Positions 52,601 through 64,000 of a stretch of DNA of 64,000 bases are shown here, in pieces. A program made the position numbers and the translations under genes. A model generated the notes under the pieces. It was not told the DNA's origin and did no database searches. It saw nothing but the letters and a program-made list of their open reading frames with translations. The DNA is from Camelus ferus (taxonomy: Eukaryota). The stretch is from the NCBI RefSeq assembly GCF_009834535.1, contig NC_045704.1, forward strand, positions 12,958,001 through 13,022,000, in the 5' to 3' direction. Each line of letters starts with the position of its first letter. Within the stretch, counting starts at the first letter, position 1.

Positions 52601-55600
52601 AGTGGTGTGAAGATAAGAGTCTGGAAACACAAAAAACTGAAAATTTAAATGAACAAAGACGGGGGCCCCCAGGTCTGGAGACAGACATGCACGGCCCCCA
52701 GGAAGTGAGGGGAGACGGGTGCAAGGCTCTCACCCGGCTGCGGTCAGACCAGGCTGCATCCACGACGCCCTCCACGGCTGAGTCCACGTCCGCCGCCTCC
52801 GTCAGCAGCAGCAGCGACTCAGCCCCCAGCGCCAGGCCCAGCTCAGGACCCTTGCCCGCCAGGGTCCGCTGTAGGGCACGTCCTTCCTATGGGATCCATG
52901 CAGGGTTCAGTTCGGGGAGGAGCCTCTGGCCCTCCAGCTGTGTCCCTGCCCCTTTCCACCCCTGAAGATACCTCCACGGCTCCACAGAAGGCCACCTTCT
53001 GAACTCCAGGCTGGGAGGCTAGGACAGGCCACAGGGGGGCAGGGCCACTGATCACATTGAGGATTCCTGGGAAGGAGCCTAGCTCCCCTGCCAACTGGGC
53101 CAGGAGGAGGGATGTCGGGGAGGCTGGGGGCACGAGGACCACCACAGTGCAGCCTGGGGAAGGCAGGCAGCTCAATGATCCTGGAGTCTAGAACCCTAGG
53201 CCCCTCCTCCCTCAGACCCAGGGGTCAGGCCCCCAGCCCATTCCTCCCTCAGACCCAGGGGTCAGGCCCCCAGCCCATTCCTCCCTCAGACCCAGCAGTC
53301 CCAGCCCTCAGCCGATCGTTTACCGACAGCCAGGGCAGGGCAAATCCTCCACATCATCTCAAGGAAGGAGAATGTGGGTGGCAAGATGAGACCAATCACT
53401 CCTGCAAGAACATGAAATGAGCCAGGGGCAGGTACCGCTGGATGCTGAGGAAGGAGGGGGCTGGGGGCTGGGACTCCTGCTTCTCACCTATGGGCTCCCA
53501 GCCTGCCAGCGCCTCCTCTTGGGCATATGCCTGGACTGCATGGTATTGGAGCAGCTGCTGGGCCAGCGGGACATCTCTGTCTCGAACTTCTCGAACAGCC
53601 CGTCCAGTAACCAGGGACTCCAGGGTCCATAGCAGCCGTTGGTGCTTCTGGATCATCTTTGCCAGCCTATGGGGCAAGCATCAGGGATGGTCATTTCCCA
53701 CTGCCCCTTGGCCTGAGAGTCCTGGAACACACCCCGTATACCTGAACTACAATCCCCTTTAGCACATGGGGGCATCTCCACTATTTACCAGGGGTGGAGG
53801 GCACCAAGGATTTATGGGAAATGTAATCTGGGAAACACTCAAAACTTGAGGGTGCTGTGTCAAGATCTTAGCCACCTGTAACCTTCAAAGGTGATAGAAA
53901 ATTAAAGTTTAGCCTCTAATCTCAATTGTACTCTGGGAGAGTCTCAAGAATGTGCTGGAAAACAGTTCAGGGGACTCCACCAGCCCCAGTGAGCTGCTAA
54001 GAAATGGAGCCTGATGAGCCCCAGGGATATTCTTGGAAACAGACTTCGTCATTACTAGTCCCAGCAAACAGTGGGAAATGGATGTTTTAGCTGCTAAAGG
54101 CTCCAAGACACGCTGGGAATATGAGCCTTAGCTGCCAATGAATTCAGTGGGCTATTGGGAAATAAGAGTCTTTTTTCTCAAATCCTTCTCCACCTCCTGG
54201 GGTCCACAATTCAAATGCATCACCTGGTCAGATGTTGGGCCCGAATGGCTCCAGGGAGCAAGCTCCAGTTCTCCAATGAGGTCCTGGCAGCCTCCACAGC
54301 TGCGACCACATCCTCGGTCTGTGCCTGGAGGCAACTGGCCAAGTTCTCTCCTAGGGAAATGAATGCAGGGGCGGGGTGGCACCCAAATTGGAGGTGGGGG
54401 AAGCCCACGTCAGAACTGGAGGGGGCTGAGATTTCTGGGGCCCAGGAGCAGCCCAAAGCAGTAAAGCAGGTCTTTACCTCAACTCTGGGTCCCAGTTTCC
54501 TCATCTGACAAATGGGGATAAATCTATAGGTCTTTGCTCTGACTGCCTCCCACAGGCAAGGGAGGGATTTTAGTAGATAGTGACTTCAAAAAGTGTCCAC
54601 AGGGACTCGGAGCCGTAAAGAGGATGACTGTTATTAAGAGGAGCCAGAAATCTCAGCCTCCTTCCCCCACCAGTTGCTCCCTGCCCCCCAGGCCCTGAGC
54701 AAACAGAGGTGTGGGTGGTGGTTATGGTTGGGGCCACAGACACCTCTCCCTTCCATATGACTGAGGGGGCACCTCATACCTGTGATGGGATCCTGGCAAG
54801 ACACTGAACTCCTGTGTTCCAGCTTTAACCACTTTCCATTAACATAGTGACCCAAGTGCCGGTCCTGGGTGTCCAGCCAGGCCTGGGGAAGGCAGAGACA
54901 GCTTGGAAAGGAGTCTGGGAGGCAGCTGGGGGAGTCCAACCCCTACCCAGAGTCCTCTGGGAGGGGGACACCGGCTCCCTTTGACCCACCAGCCAATTAT
55001 TTTCCTGAGTTATGCGATATTCCATTGTCTGGACAGACCACATTTTGTTTATCCATTCATCTGTTGATGAGCATTTGGGTTGTCTTTGCCTTTTTGCTGT
55101 TGTGAATAGTGCTGTACAAACATTTGTGCACAAGTCTTTGAATACCCATCTTTACTTCTTGGGTTGTACATCTCAAAGTGGAGCTACTGGGTCATACAGC
55201 AACTCTCTGAGTAACTTACACGGGGAACCACCAAACTGTTACCCACCACAGTGCACCATTTTACATTCCCACGCAACCTCTGAGGGATGTCCTGTTGACT
55301 TTTACATATGGAGAATGTGAACAAAGGATTAATAAGACCTTTTCTTCCCCATGGAGGAATGACCTTCTTGAATAGAAATGACTTTCTATTTCCCTGGAAA
55401 CTTGATACAATTCAGCCATGTTTCTAGACAACACTGACCCCCAACTGGTCCACTGGACTGGGAAAACTAGGAATATACCATACATATCCAGTGGAAAGCC
55501 AGAGCTCTGGGGCTTCCTGGAGAGCTCTGCATTCTTGCGATGGGTGCATCCCTTGCCAGGACCCTGGAAGAGATGCCCATGAGATTGTATCATGCGGCAT

Positions 55601-58458
55601 CCGGTTCTCTTTGGGAGGTGGGGCTTTTAAGCCAGGCACCTCCTGCACCTACCTGTGTGATGGTGTTCCCTCCCATCTGGGCTGTCATCACTCGGGGGAG
55701 TGGTGTGACCCCTGCTGAAGACCCAGGCTTGATGCTGCCCTACCAGGTGTGGTTTATTTGGCTGTGATTTGTCTAATGGAGCCCAAGGCAATGAGGGCCT
55801 AGTGCCAAGTCCCTGGAGCGGGGTTTGAATCCTGGCTTCAGTATTTCTTTGTTGTTCAACCTTAGATAGGCTCTTATAATACCACGGCCTCGGCTGACCT
55901 ATCTGGAAGATGGGGATAACCACAGTCCCTCCATATCTCACAGGGCTGTGGTGAGGATTAAATGGCTCAATACACATCATATGCTCAGAGCAGCACTTAC
56001 TTAAGACTTTCTACTAATTTTATTCCCTTTCACCCTCTACATCTGCTTCCTGTTTCTCTCTCTCCCTGGTCCTGTCTTCCCTAAATCCTTACTAAATCTA
56101 AGACACACATCCCACTTTTTCCTTCTGTAAACTGTTTTCTCTTAGCATCCCTGATGCCAGTCTCCTGATTTCTCTCTATCCTACCAATGGCACCTTCTCA
56201 TTCTTTCTTTAAAGACAATTTTAAGTAAAGTAAAAATTCAGCAAGAAGTTCCAAATTAAAAGACCCTCCCCAACCCCTACAGGAGGACACGTTTTTTAAA
56301 TACTGGGGGATATATGGATATGAGCTGGGCATTAGATGGTATTAAAGAATGAGGATTAACATTGTTAATATGAAAATGGCATGGCAGTTATGTTCCAAAA
56401 TGAATCCTTATCTGTTAGCAATGAAGATTCAAATATTTATGGGAAAATAAACACTCCAGAAAAAAAAAGAAGATACAACATTGGACTCAATGTTGATGAC
56501 TGTTGAAACTGAGTGATAGGTAAGTGGAAGTTCATCATTTAAGTACTCTGTGGACTTGCAAAATTGTCCCCCAAAAGAAAAACAAAACCCCAAAAGAATG
56601 TTCCACAGGGTCCTGGCAGGCCACGTTAGTGTGAGAAGAGGGCTTGGAACTGGGAGACTGGGAACTCACGACTTGTCTAAAAAGACAGCTATTGGATCCA
56701 GATGATTTTTGTCAGGGAATGTGAGCCAGAGGTTGCCAAATATTGGGATTTTATTTTCAACAGATGCTAGAATCCAGGATGTTTACATAGACTTAATTGT
56801 CTGCTAATGCACATTAAAAAAAATAAAGTTCAGGCCAAAGAAAATTTGTTTGTTGGTTGAGTCTGACCCACAGATTGCAAGGTTGAGCTTCGAGAGAGGT
56901 GGAGGGGGGGTCTGTGGGCTCTAGAATCCTAGGGCTCAGGTTCAAATGTCAGTTTTACATTTTTTAAGCTGTGTTGACCATGGGCAAATTACTTACCTCT
57001 TTAACCTCTGGGTGCTATGGCTAAAGTAATGACAATAATCCCGTAAGACAGCTGTTTTGGGGATTAAATGAGATCATGCTGAGCACAGAGACTGGTACAT
57101 AGAAATCGCCCAATAAATCTCAGCTATTATCACATTATTGCTATTTCAGGATAGTCCATCTCTAATCAGCCTCCAAGTGTGGGAATTCTCTGTACTCCAT
57201 CCCAGATCTTCTTATCTGAGTCTTCACTACATTTCTAGATAATCTCATAATCCCCAGCATTCAATTATCTTTCTACACTGGGGACAGGTAGGTCCTGGTC
57301 TCCAGACTTGAGGAGCCGACAAAAGTAGTATTTGACTCCTGCACATGGCCCAAGGCTGTCCCCTGGTCCCTCTCATTCTTACCACGTGATAACCAAGCCC
57401 ATGGGCTTTCCCATCCTTTCTGTGACTATACTTCTGAGTTCACCATGGTGGGGAGGGTGTGTAAGGAAAGGGACAGAGCCAGACCAGAGGCACTGTCCTT
57501 GCCCTCATAATGCCCCAAGCCCTGATCCTCCTGCATCTCTGCCTCCTCCCCTCCTCCCCAACACAGCCCACACTAGGCTCTGGTCTCTTCTTCCACCTGG
57601 ACCACTTTTCTAACCTCCTCCTTTCTCCCTCCAGGGAAGCCCAAACTTTTCACATCTGGGTGTTAGAAGACCCGATGATATCACGACGGCCCCATGGGGG
57701 AATTCTGAGGGGGCTGAATAATTATACAAAATTCTACTTATATACAGGAATCCCAAGAGCGTTCTAGGGGACCGAGGGATCACGGGAGCCCCACGAGGTT
57801 ATTCTGAGTAGCTGAAGGCAGTTACATAAAGTTCTGATGTATTCTGCGGTTGAGAGGTCTTGAGACTATAGGTACCCCACAAATATTGGGGTGACCCTGA
57901 GGAATCACGGAGGCTCCATTGAGGTCTCCGTATGATGAAGGAAGCCCCCCCAGGAATTCCGGGGGACCCCGGGAGCCAAAGGATGGTCTGAGGAATCACG
58001 GGAAGTCTGCGCGGGTTCCTGGAAGATCACGGGGGCTCCACAGGAATTCTGGGGGTTCACGGGAGGTCCTGAAGAATCAAAGGACCCACTCGGGGGTTTC
58101 TGAAGAATTGGAGAAGCACCACCGGGAGTTTTGGACCGTGGAACACGACAGCTACCAGGACTCACGAGAACAGACTAAAGGGCTGAGCAACCATAAGGGC
58201 TCAAGAGGACGTCCTCCAGGGGTGGGTCCTAAGGAGTGGCGGGAATCACGGGAGCTGAGAGGGGCGGAGTTGCTGAGCTGTCGCGGTGGATCACGGGAGT
58301 CCGCGCGCAAAACGCGGCCCGGAGAGCTAGGGAGGGGGATGGGCAGCGCCGGCCAGGCAGGCCCTCACCAGTGCGCATGCGTGGCTCTCCGGCACGGGTC
58401 CGTACTCCAGCGTGGTGAAGATCTCGCGGGCGCGGGGCTCCGCTCGCGTCGCAGCCAT
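46649..58458 (-). CDS. ALDH16A1: Aldehyde dehydrogenase 16 family member A1, 802 aa, 17 exons
   Basis: Exons 58458-58369, 54882-54780, 54350-54224, 53666-53488, 53401-53324, 53153-52972, 52886-52734, 52286-52101, 51949-51854, 51645-51509, 51338-51233, 51146-51016, 50651-50484, 50190-49989, 48013-47828, 47484-47362 and 46810-46649; 2409 nt in frame; [40 protein letters not shown]. Confidence 0.97.
48978..49140 (+). mobile_element. Vic-1-like SINE inside an L1 remnant (about 48400-49400) in ALDH16A1 intron 14
   Basis: GGGGAGAGGGTACAGCTCAAGCGGTAGAGTGCATGCTTAGCATGCACGAGGTCCTGTGTTCAATCCCCAGTACCTCC. Confidence 0.85.
53181..53308. repeat. MSR1-like 37-bp minisatellite in ALDH16A1 intron 5
   Basis: Two identical units CCTCCCTCAGACCCAGGGGTCAGGCCCCCAGCCCATT (53206-53242, 53243-53279) plus partial flanking units. 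Confidence 0.85.
57675..58300. repeat. Degenerate repeat of GRATCACGGGAG cores in ALDH16A1 intron 1
   Basis: Cores at about 57677, 57777, 57901, 57992, 58024, 58054, 58158, 58242 and 58288. Confidence 0.65.
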
Positions 58459-59411
58459 TACGCTCCCGGGGAGCTTTCCACGAGCTGCGGGGCGCTCTGC
58501 CCAAGGAAACCTTGAGGTCCAAAGGGCGGCACCGCCCCCTCCAGCCCAAAAGGCGGGGCTACGGGAGATTAGAGCGTAACCCCGCCTTAGGTCCCAGTGA
58601 CCCCGCCTATAGGTCCGTGGGGGTAGTTTGGAGCATGCGCAGTCCTCAAAGCGGGGGAGTGGGGGAGGAGTAGGGAGCTGAAATGTGGGTGCCTTGCAAG
58701 TAGGATGGCTCCAGATCTAGAAGAGTGGCCTTTTGGTCTCTTCCCGCCACCCTATTCATATTGGAGGCCGAAAGTGCAGCTTTTCGTCCACAATGCAGTT
58801 ACTAGAGAATCGAATCTACCTCGGGGACGAAGCGATTGTTCAGAGATTAGAAGGGAGTCGTTTAGGATGGACACTGAAATTAAGGTTTTTAAAGTGTGCC
58901 AGCCTTAACTGCCCAGTAACCTGGCCAGATGAGGCTGTCTGGAAGGAGCGTAAGTATGGCTTTAATCGACACAGGAAGTATGGCATTTAGAGACTCTCAG
59001 GATTTAGTTTTGATTGGTTGAGTTGAGAGGCGTGGCTTCAGACAGACTAGATTGGTCTGTGATTGGTAACGGAATGCTGTTGGCAGGTTTGAGGAACGAG
59101 CGTTGGGTTAGTAGGAAGTGTGGCCTACTCAAGTTCCTGGTTACGCAGAGACCGGAAGAGTGGCTGTCATTTACACGTTTGGCACAGCGGACTTAAGAGA
59201 GCGTTTAGAGATACTGGCTCCCAAGAGGTTTGACGACAGTATCTGGTCTGAGTGAAATTGTAGTCTCAGGACAGATTCTTAGATTTTCTTACAGAATAGT
59301 GGGTGTCGGGAGCCGGTTGAGGGCCAGGGAGCCGACTTAAGAGTTCGGATTCCGCCGATGGTTCCCCAGCATCGGGGTTACTGAGGACGCCTAGGTTTCT
59401 TCCCCAGGGCC
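58459..59411. promoter_or_regulatory. Bidirectional CpG-island promoter ALDH16A1/PIH1D1
   Basis: Head-to-head ATGs at 58458 (-) and 59412 (+); GC boxes, NRF1-like GCATGCGCA at about 58634, ETS-type CCGGAAG/GGAAGT and ATTGG boxes. Confidence 0.8.
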
Positions 59412-62400
59412 ATGGCCGACTCAAAGCTGCTGGTGACGGAGATAAACGAGGAGGAGACAATGGGCGCTGAGACGGCGCGTTTGGAGGAGCTGCTGCTGCA
59501 GGTGCAGACTGAACGGACTCCTGGGTCCCTGGGGATTCCGGAGGTTGTGGGGGCGGGGGGAGGAAGAGAAAGGCAGAGAGAGGGAGAAAGAGAGGGAGAG
59601 AGCGCTCGCCTCTCTCCCTCAGAAATGGGACTACGGCTCCCAGAATGCATTAGGTAGGCAACAGGGCCTACGGGAATTGTAGTTGTTTAACTTCAAGTTT
59701 GCTAGGCACTGGAAGAAATCGGGGTGAGATCGAGCTTGTTGTTTGTTTTGGAGGGTTTTTGAGGGGAGGGAGGTAATTAGGTTTATTTCATTATTTTTAG
59801 AGGCGATACTGGGGAATGAACCCATGTCATTGTTCATGCTAAGCACGCACTCTGCCACTTGAGCTATACCCTCCGCCCGGCCCCGGTCTTATTCTTTGGG
59901 TTCCTCAAAGGAAGAAAAGGACATAGTAGGAGCTGTGCCCTCCATAGCTCATATACATAAAAATTGTTCACTCAACAAATGAAGGGGTTCTGATAGTACA
60001 AACGCCAAGCCTGGAAGTTGTTTTTCTTAACACAGGCCTCCAAGGAGCTCCAGCAAGCCCAGACAAGCAGACCAGAATCTACACAGATACAACCTCAGCC
60101 TGGTGAGAAAGGCAGAAACCCAAAGAGAGGGATAGAAGCCCAGAGAGGTGGACACAGACTGGGGGCAGGGGACATAGGGAGAGGAGGGACGAAGGAGACA
60201 CAGTAATGGGGTACAGAGGCATTGGGGTGCTGGGAGTGAATGGAGACTGAGAGAGAGCAGGGAAGGGGACAAGATCCAGACAGGAGGGGGAGGACAGCAT
60301 TGACTAGGGGGACAGAGACTCAAAGATAGAGTCAGAAATCTCAGGGGTGGGGTGGGGAACAGACCCAGAAAGTGGAGAACTGATGCTTAAAGTAGGGGAC
60401 AGATCAAAGGAAGGATGGAGACTGAGGAAGGATGGATGGACACAGAGACCCATGCAGATGGTCAAGGAGAAACCCATTCCCACCAGGTTTCTGCATAAAG
60501 ACCCACTCACTTGAAGGGAAGGTTTTCATCAACATCTGTCACTCTCCCTCCATCCCTCCTCCGGCTGACTTGACTGAGGATGAGCTGCTTCAAATGCTGG
60601 AGGAGGACCAAGCTGGGTTTCGCATCCCCATGAGTCTGGGAGAGCCGCATGCTGAATTGGATGCAAGTCAGTGCCTTCAGAGGACCCAGGAATCTGGCCT
60701 CCTTTCTTCCCTGGGATCCAAGAATCCAGGGCCCGGGACCCTCCTCCCTCAGGATCTAGAAACCCAGCCCCCTGGTCTGATCCTTTCCCTCATCGTGTAT
60801 TCCTAGCCTCCTGGGCATCCAGCACCCACACTGGATAGTCCTGATTTGCCCACCTAGCCAGGCTGGCACCTCTCCCTGCCCCACCCCAGGGGGAGGGAGG
60901 GCTGGGCAGGTGTGCTACTTAACTGATCTTCTGGTCCTAGTCCCGGCCAGCTCTCACTCTCATCTGTTTGCCCCTCCACCCTTTTCCCTTGTCTCTATCT
61001 CTCTGCCTTGTCTCACCTCTTTCTCTGTTGAGTTTGTCTCTTTATCCTTGTTTTTTCTGTGCTCATATGTCCCCTGAAGCCTCCTGGAATGAAGTCTGGG
61101 CCAGTGCCCTGGGGAGAAGGGACTTATCAAACCCAGAACCTGCCCTTGAGAAACTCTCAGTCTTGAGTGACGGTGAAGGAGCCCCTCCTTCGATTTCAAT
61201 ATGGTGTGATTCTGTGCTGCGGGAGGGGTCCCACTGAGGGATCAGGGAAGGCTTCCTGGCGGAAGAACATCAGATAAAAGATTTGAAGGAACCAGAGGAG
61301 TTTGTCAGGCCAAGACAGAGAAGAGGGTTCTAAGCAAAGAGGACGAAGGGATCCAGAGATGGGAGAGAATGATTAAATTGGATTGGTCAGTAATCGAGAG
61401 TGATTGGAAGAAATTTAAAGGGATGAGGTCGCTGGAGAAGTGAGCTTCTCTACAGGTGGGAGACCACATGGGGTCCAGCACCAGGCTGAAGGCCTCAGCC
61501 CTCCGCCTGTGGGCGTTAGGGAGCCTTGGGAGGACTGTGAACCGAGGAGAGGCAGGGTCAGCTCTGGGACTCAGCGGGGAAGAGACTGGAGGTGGAGAGG
61601 AAGCTGGTGTGAGTCCATACTGGCAAGTTCGTGTCTTGACTTCGTAATTGTCTCTGGGTCTTTCTGGGTCTCTGGCTGCTGGCCTTGATTGTGGTTTCCT
61701 TGTCTGTGCCTGGGCGGTGGGGGTCCCACGGAGGGCTGGGGGTCTCACCCCCTTTCTTTCCCCGCAGAAGGCCAGGGTTGTACTGCCTACGACGTAGCTG
61801 TCAACAGCGACTTCTACCGGAGGATGCAGGTTGGGGGCGGAGCTGCGGGTGAGGCCTGGGACGGGGCCTCTCCCTCCACTCGGTAGCCCTCCTGCATCTT
61901 TTCTCTCTCTCTCTCTCTCCTAGAACAGCGATTTCTTGCGAGAGCTCGTGATCACCATCGCCAGAGAGGGCCTTGAGGACAAGTACAGCCTGCAGCTGAA
62001 TCCAGGTGAGGGGCGGGGCCTGGGCCACGGGGGAGGAGCCCAGAGCAGCTTAGGGCAGCCTTTGGGAGAAGTGGGGCCAGTGTGGGCAGGGAGTTTTATT
62101 AGCCCATGGACCATGGACTTCTGGGAGAGGGCTATGTGAGCTTAGAGTAGAGAGAGAGGGATGAGGCTGGGGATTCCAGATAAGCGGCGGGGTCTGGAAA
62201 GCCTAGGAGGGCGGGGCTAAGGCAGGCGGGCTCCCTCAAGTCAAGCTTGAGGGTGTGGTCAGATCCCAGGCATCCTTGGCAGAGGCCAGAGCTTCTCCCC
62301 TGAGGTTCTCACAGCGCAAGACCCCCTTCTTTCCCTCAGAGTGGCGCATGCTGAAGAACAGGCCTTTCCTGGGCTCCATCTCCCAGCAAAATATCCGCTC

Positions 62401-63470
62401 CCAGCAGCATCCTCGGAATCCAGGAGCTGGGAAACCTGTACACGCCAGAGTCCCTGAGACATGAGGAAGGGTGGGCCTTCGATGGGTTCCCTCTCTCCTG
62501 TCTCCCCAAAATTCTTTGGAATCTCACCTTCAATCCTTCCTTCCCGTGGAGGGCAGTGTCCTGGGGCTCTGGGAACCCAGAGGGAGGAGAAACAGAACTC
62601 CCCCTGGAAAGGTGTCCTGTGGCCGTAGGGCTGGGAGGGAGGAAGAGGGAACAGCCTTGGCAAAACCCTGGTGGCTCTCCTCAATTCAGAGCCTTGTTCC
62701 TCCCCAGCCCTGAGAAGCCTCATCTGAACCTTTGGCTGGAAGCCCCTGACCTCCTTTTGGCTGAAATCGACCTTCCCAAACTGGTGAGTGCACCCTTGGA
62801 CCAGAGCAGGAGAATGAAGTTGGAGAGGGTTGGGGTCTCGGAGAGGGAGTGATGTGGGCTTGTTGCCAGACCTGTGTGAACTGGTTGGCGTTGCCCTCTA
62901 AGCACGGCTGCCTCCTCTGTCCCAGGGGGTCTTCAGGCCCACTTCCGGTGCTGTCTTGAGGATGCGCAGGGCATCGTAAGTGCTCAGTTGTGGAGACCTG
63001 TAATTACTGTGTCCTGCCTTTTTCATGAGGGATTAAACTTTTTAAATATGGTTTCTGGACACACGAGGGTTCTCTCTCCAGTCCGTGTACTTAACATCCT
63101 GTTGCTGGGGAGGGAAAGGTGGGCTGATTCGAATTTCACTGCATCCCTAGGATGGAGCTCTGGGGCTGTCGCTAGAGATGGGGGAGAATCGCCTGGTGAT
63201 GGGGGGCCCCCAGCAGCTGTACTATCTGGATGCCTACATCCCCCTGCGGATCAACTGTGATGAGAGCAGGGCAGCCTTCCATAGGAAGAGAAAGGTACCT
63301 GAGAGGCCGGCGGGGGGGTGCAGGGAAGCAGGGACACTAGAGGGGCCTGGGCTCCTGGGACTGAGGGAAGAGGGGCTGGGGCTGGACTCCTGGGATCTGA
63401 ATCCTCTTTCTCCTTTCTCTCTCCTCAGCAACTGATGGTGGCGATGCCCCTTCTGTTGGCGCCTTCTTGA
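59412..63470 (+). CDS. PIH1D1: PIH1 domain-containing protein 1 (R2TP subunit), 290 aa; apparent 1-bp insertion in exon 6
   Basis: Exons 59412-59501, 60036-60102, 60487-60666, 61768-61829, 61924-62005, 62340-62470 (131 nt, one more than the frame allows), 62708-62783, 63151-63294 and 63429-63470; GKVFINICHSPSIPPP..RIPMSLGEPHAELD..YDVAVNSDF.. Confidence 0.94.
59737..59878 (-). mobile_element. Vic-1-like SINE in PIH1D1 intron 1
   Basis: GAGGTAATTAGGTTTA..ATACTGGGGAATGAACCC..ATGCTAAGCACGCACTCTGCCACTTGAGCTATACCCTCC. Confidence 0.8.
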
Positions 63471-63515
63471 CCAGGTGGCTTCTATGTGGAGAGGAGAGGC
63501 TGTTGGCTTCTCTAA

Positions 63516-63527
63516 AATAAAAATAAA
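63516..63527 (+). terminator. PIH1D1: PIH1D1 tandem polyadenylation signals
   Basis: AATAAA at 63516-63521 and 63522-63527. Confidence 0.85.
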
Positions 63528-64000
63528 GATTTTGCATTTGTTCTGTGTCTGGCTAGGAGTACATGGGGAGTGGGAGGGAAAAGGGACATTGGACTGGAGT
63601 CCTGGAGTCCCTTAGGGGTCACTGCTCTATCTCAGCCCTCATCCTCTCCCTGGGATCGTCTCCCTGGCCTCCTGGCCTCCAGTCTCTCCCCTTATTAGTC
63701 TCCCACGAGGCCCCAGAGCTGACCTTGCCCCTCTCCTGTTTACGGCCCCTAGGAAAAGACTCCATAGGATCTGGTCCCCCTCGTGCCCCATTTTGTCTTC
63801 TTCCCACTGAGTCTAGTCAAACTGAACAGTGTCCTGACCACACCCATTTTTTGGCACCTCTTCTTAGTTTTGGCTGTTCCCTCTACTTAGCATCTTCTTC
63901 TCCACTACATCTACCCGGGTCTACTCCAGGACAACTAGCTGTTTGCCCTCACAGGGGACGTTTCCCGACTCCCACACTCAGTCATCCCTTTTAGTGAGCT

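Noticed and set aside
53181-53308. CRISPR-like array from regularly spaced 37-bp repeats
   Set aside because: Eukaryotic DNA with head-to-tail units, no unique spacers and no cas genes; this is a minisatellite.
57919-58515. 198-aa + strand ORF antisense to ALDH16A1 exon 1
   Set aside because: It starts at TTG, is GC-rich and repeat-derived, and has no recognisable domain. Open frames are expected by chance in CpG islands.

Overview
Mammalian genomic DNA, most likely camelid: the tRNA-Ala-derived SINEs look like the camelid Vic-1 type. The window is syntenic with human 19q13.33 in reverse orientation. Minus strand, left to right: RCN3 (5' exons only), FCGRT (FcRn alpha chain, 355 aa), RPS11 (158 aa, hosts SNORD35B), RPL13A (203 aa, hosts SNORD32A/33/34/35A), FLT3LG (292 aa) and ALDH16A1 (802 aa). 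Plus strand: MIR150 and PIH1D1 (290 aa). I reconstructed exon boundaries by hand from GT-AG sites and frame continuity. Comparisons with human and other species use sequences recalled from memory, not database searches. Main observations: (1) the last FLT3LG coding exon begins inside an antisense MIR SINE, giving a long cytoplasmic tail; (2) the FcRn tail stops 10 codons early, with the ancestral codons still in frame, and has Ala at the rat Ser313 position; (3) RCN3 (-1) and PIH1D1 (+1) each carry a single-base frameshift, probably assembly errors; (4) SNORD35B has ATGA instead of CTGA as terminal D box; (5) there are MSR1-like 37-bp repeats, several decayed intronic or intergenic minisatellites, and inverted SINE pairs in FCGRT and FLT3LG introns. 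I found no evidence of a wholly new multi-gene system. The window is a known conserved locus with lineage-specific details.
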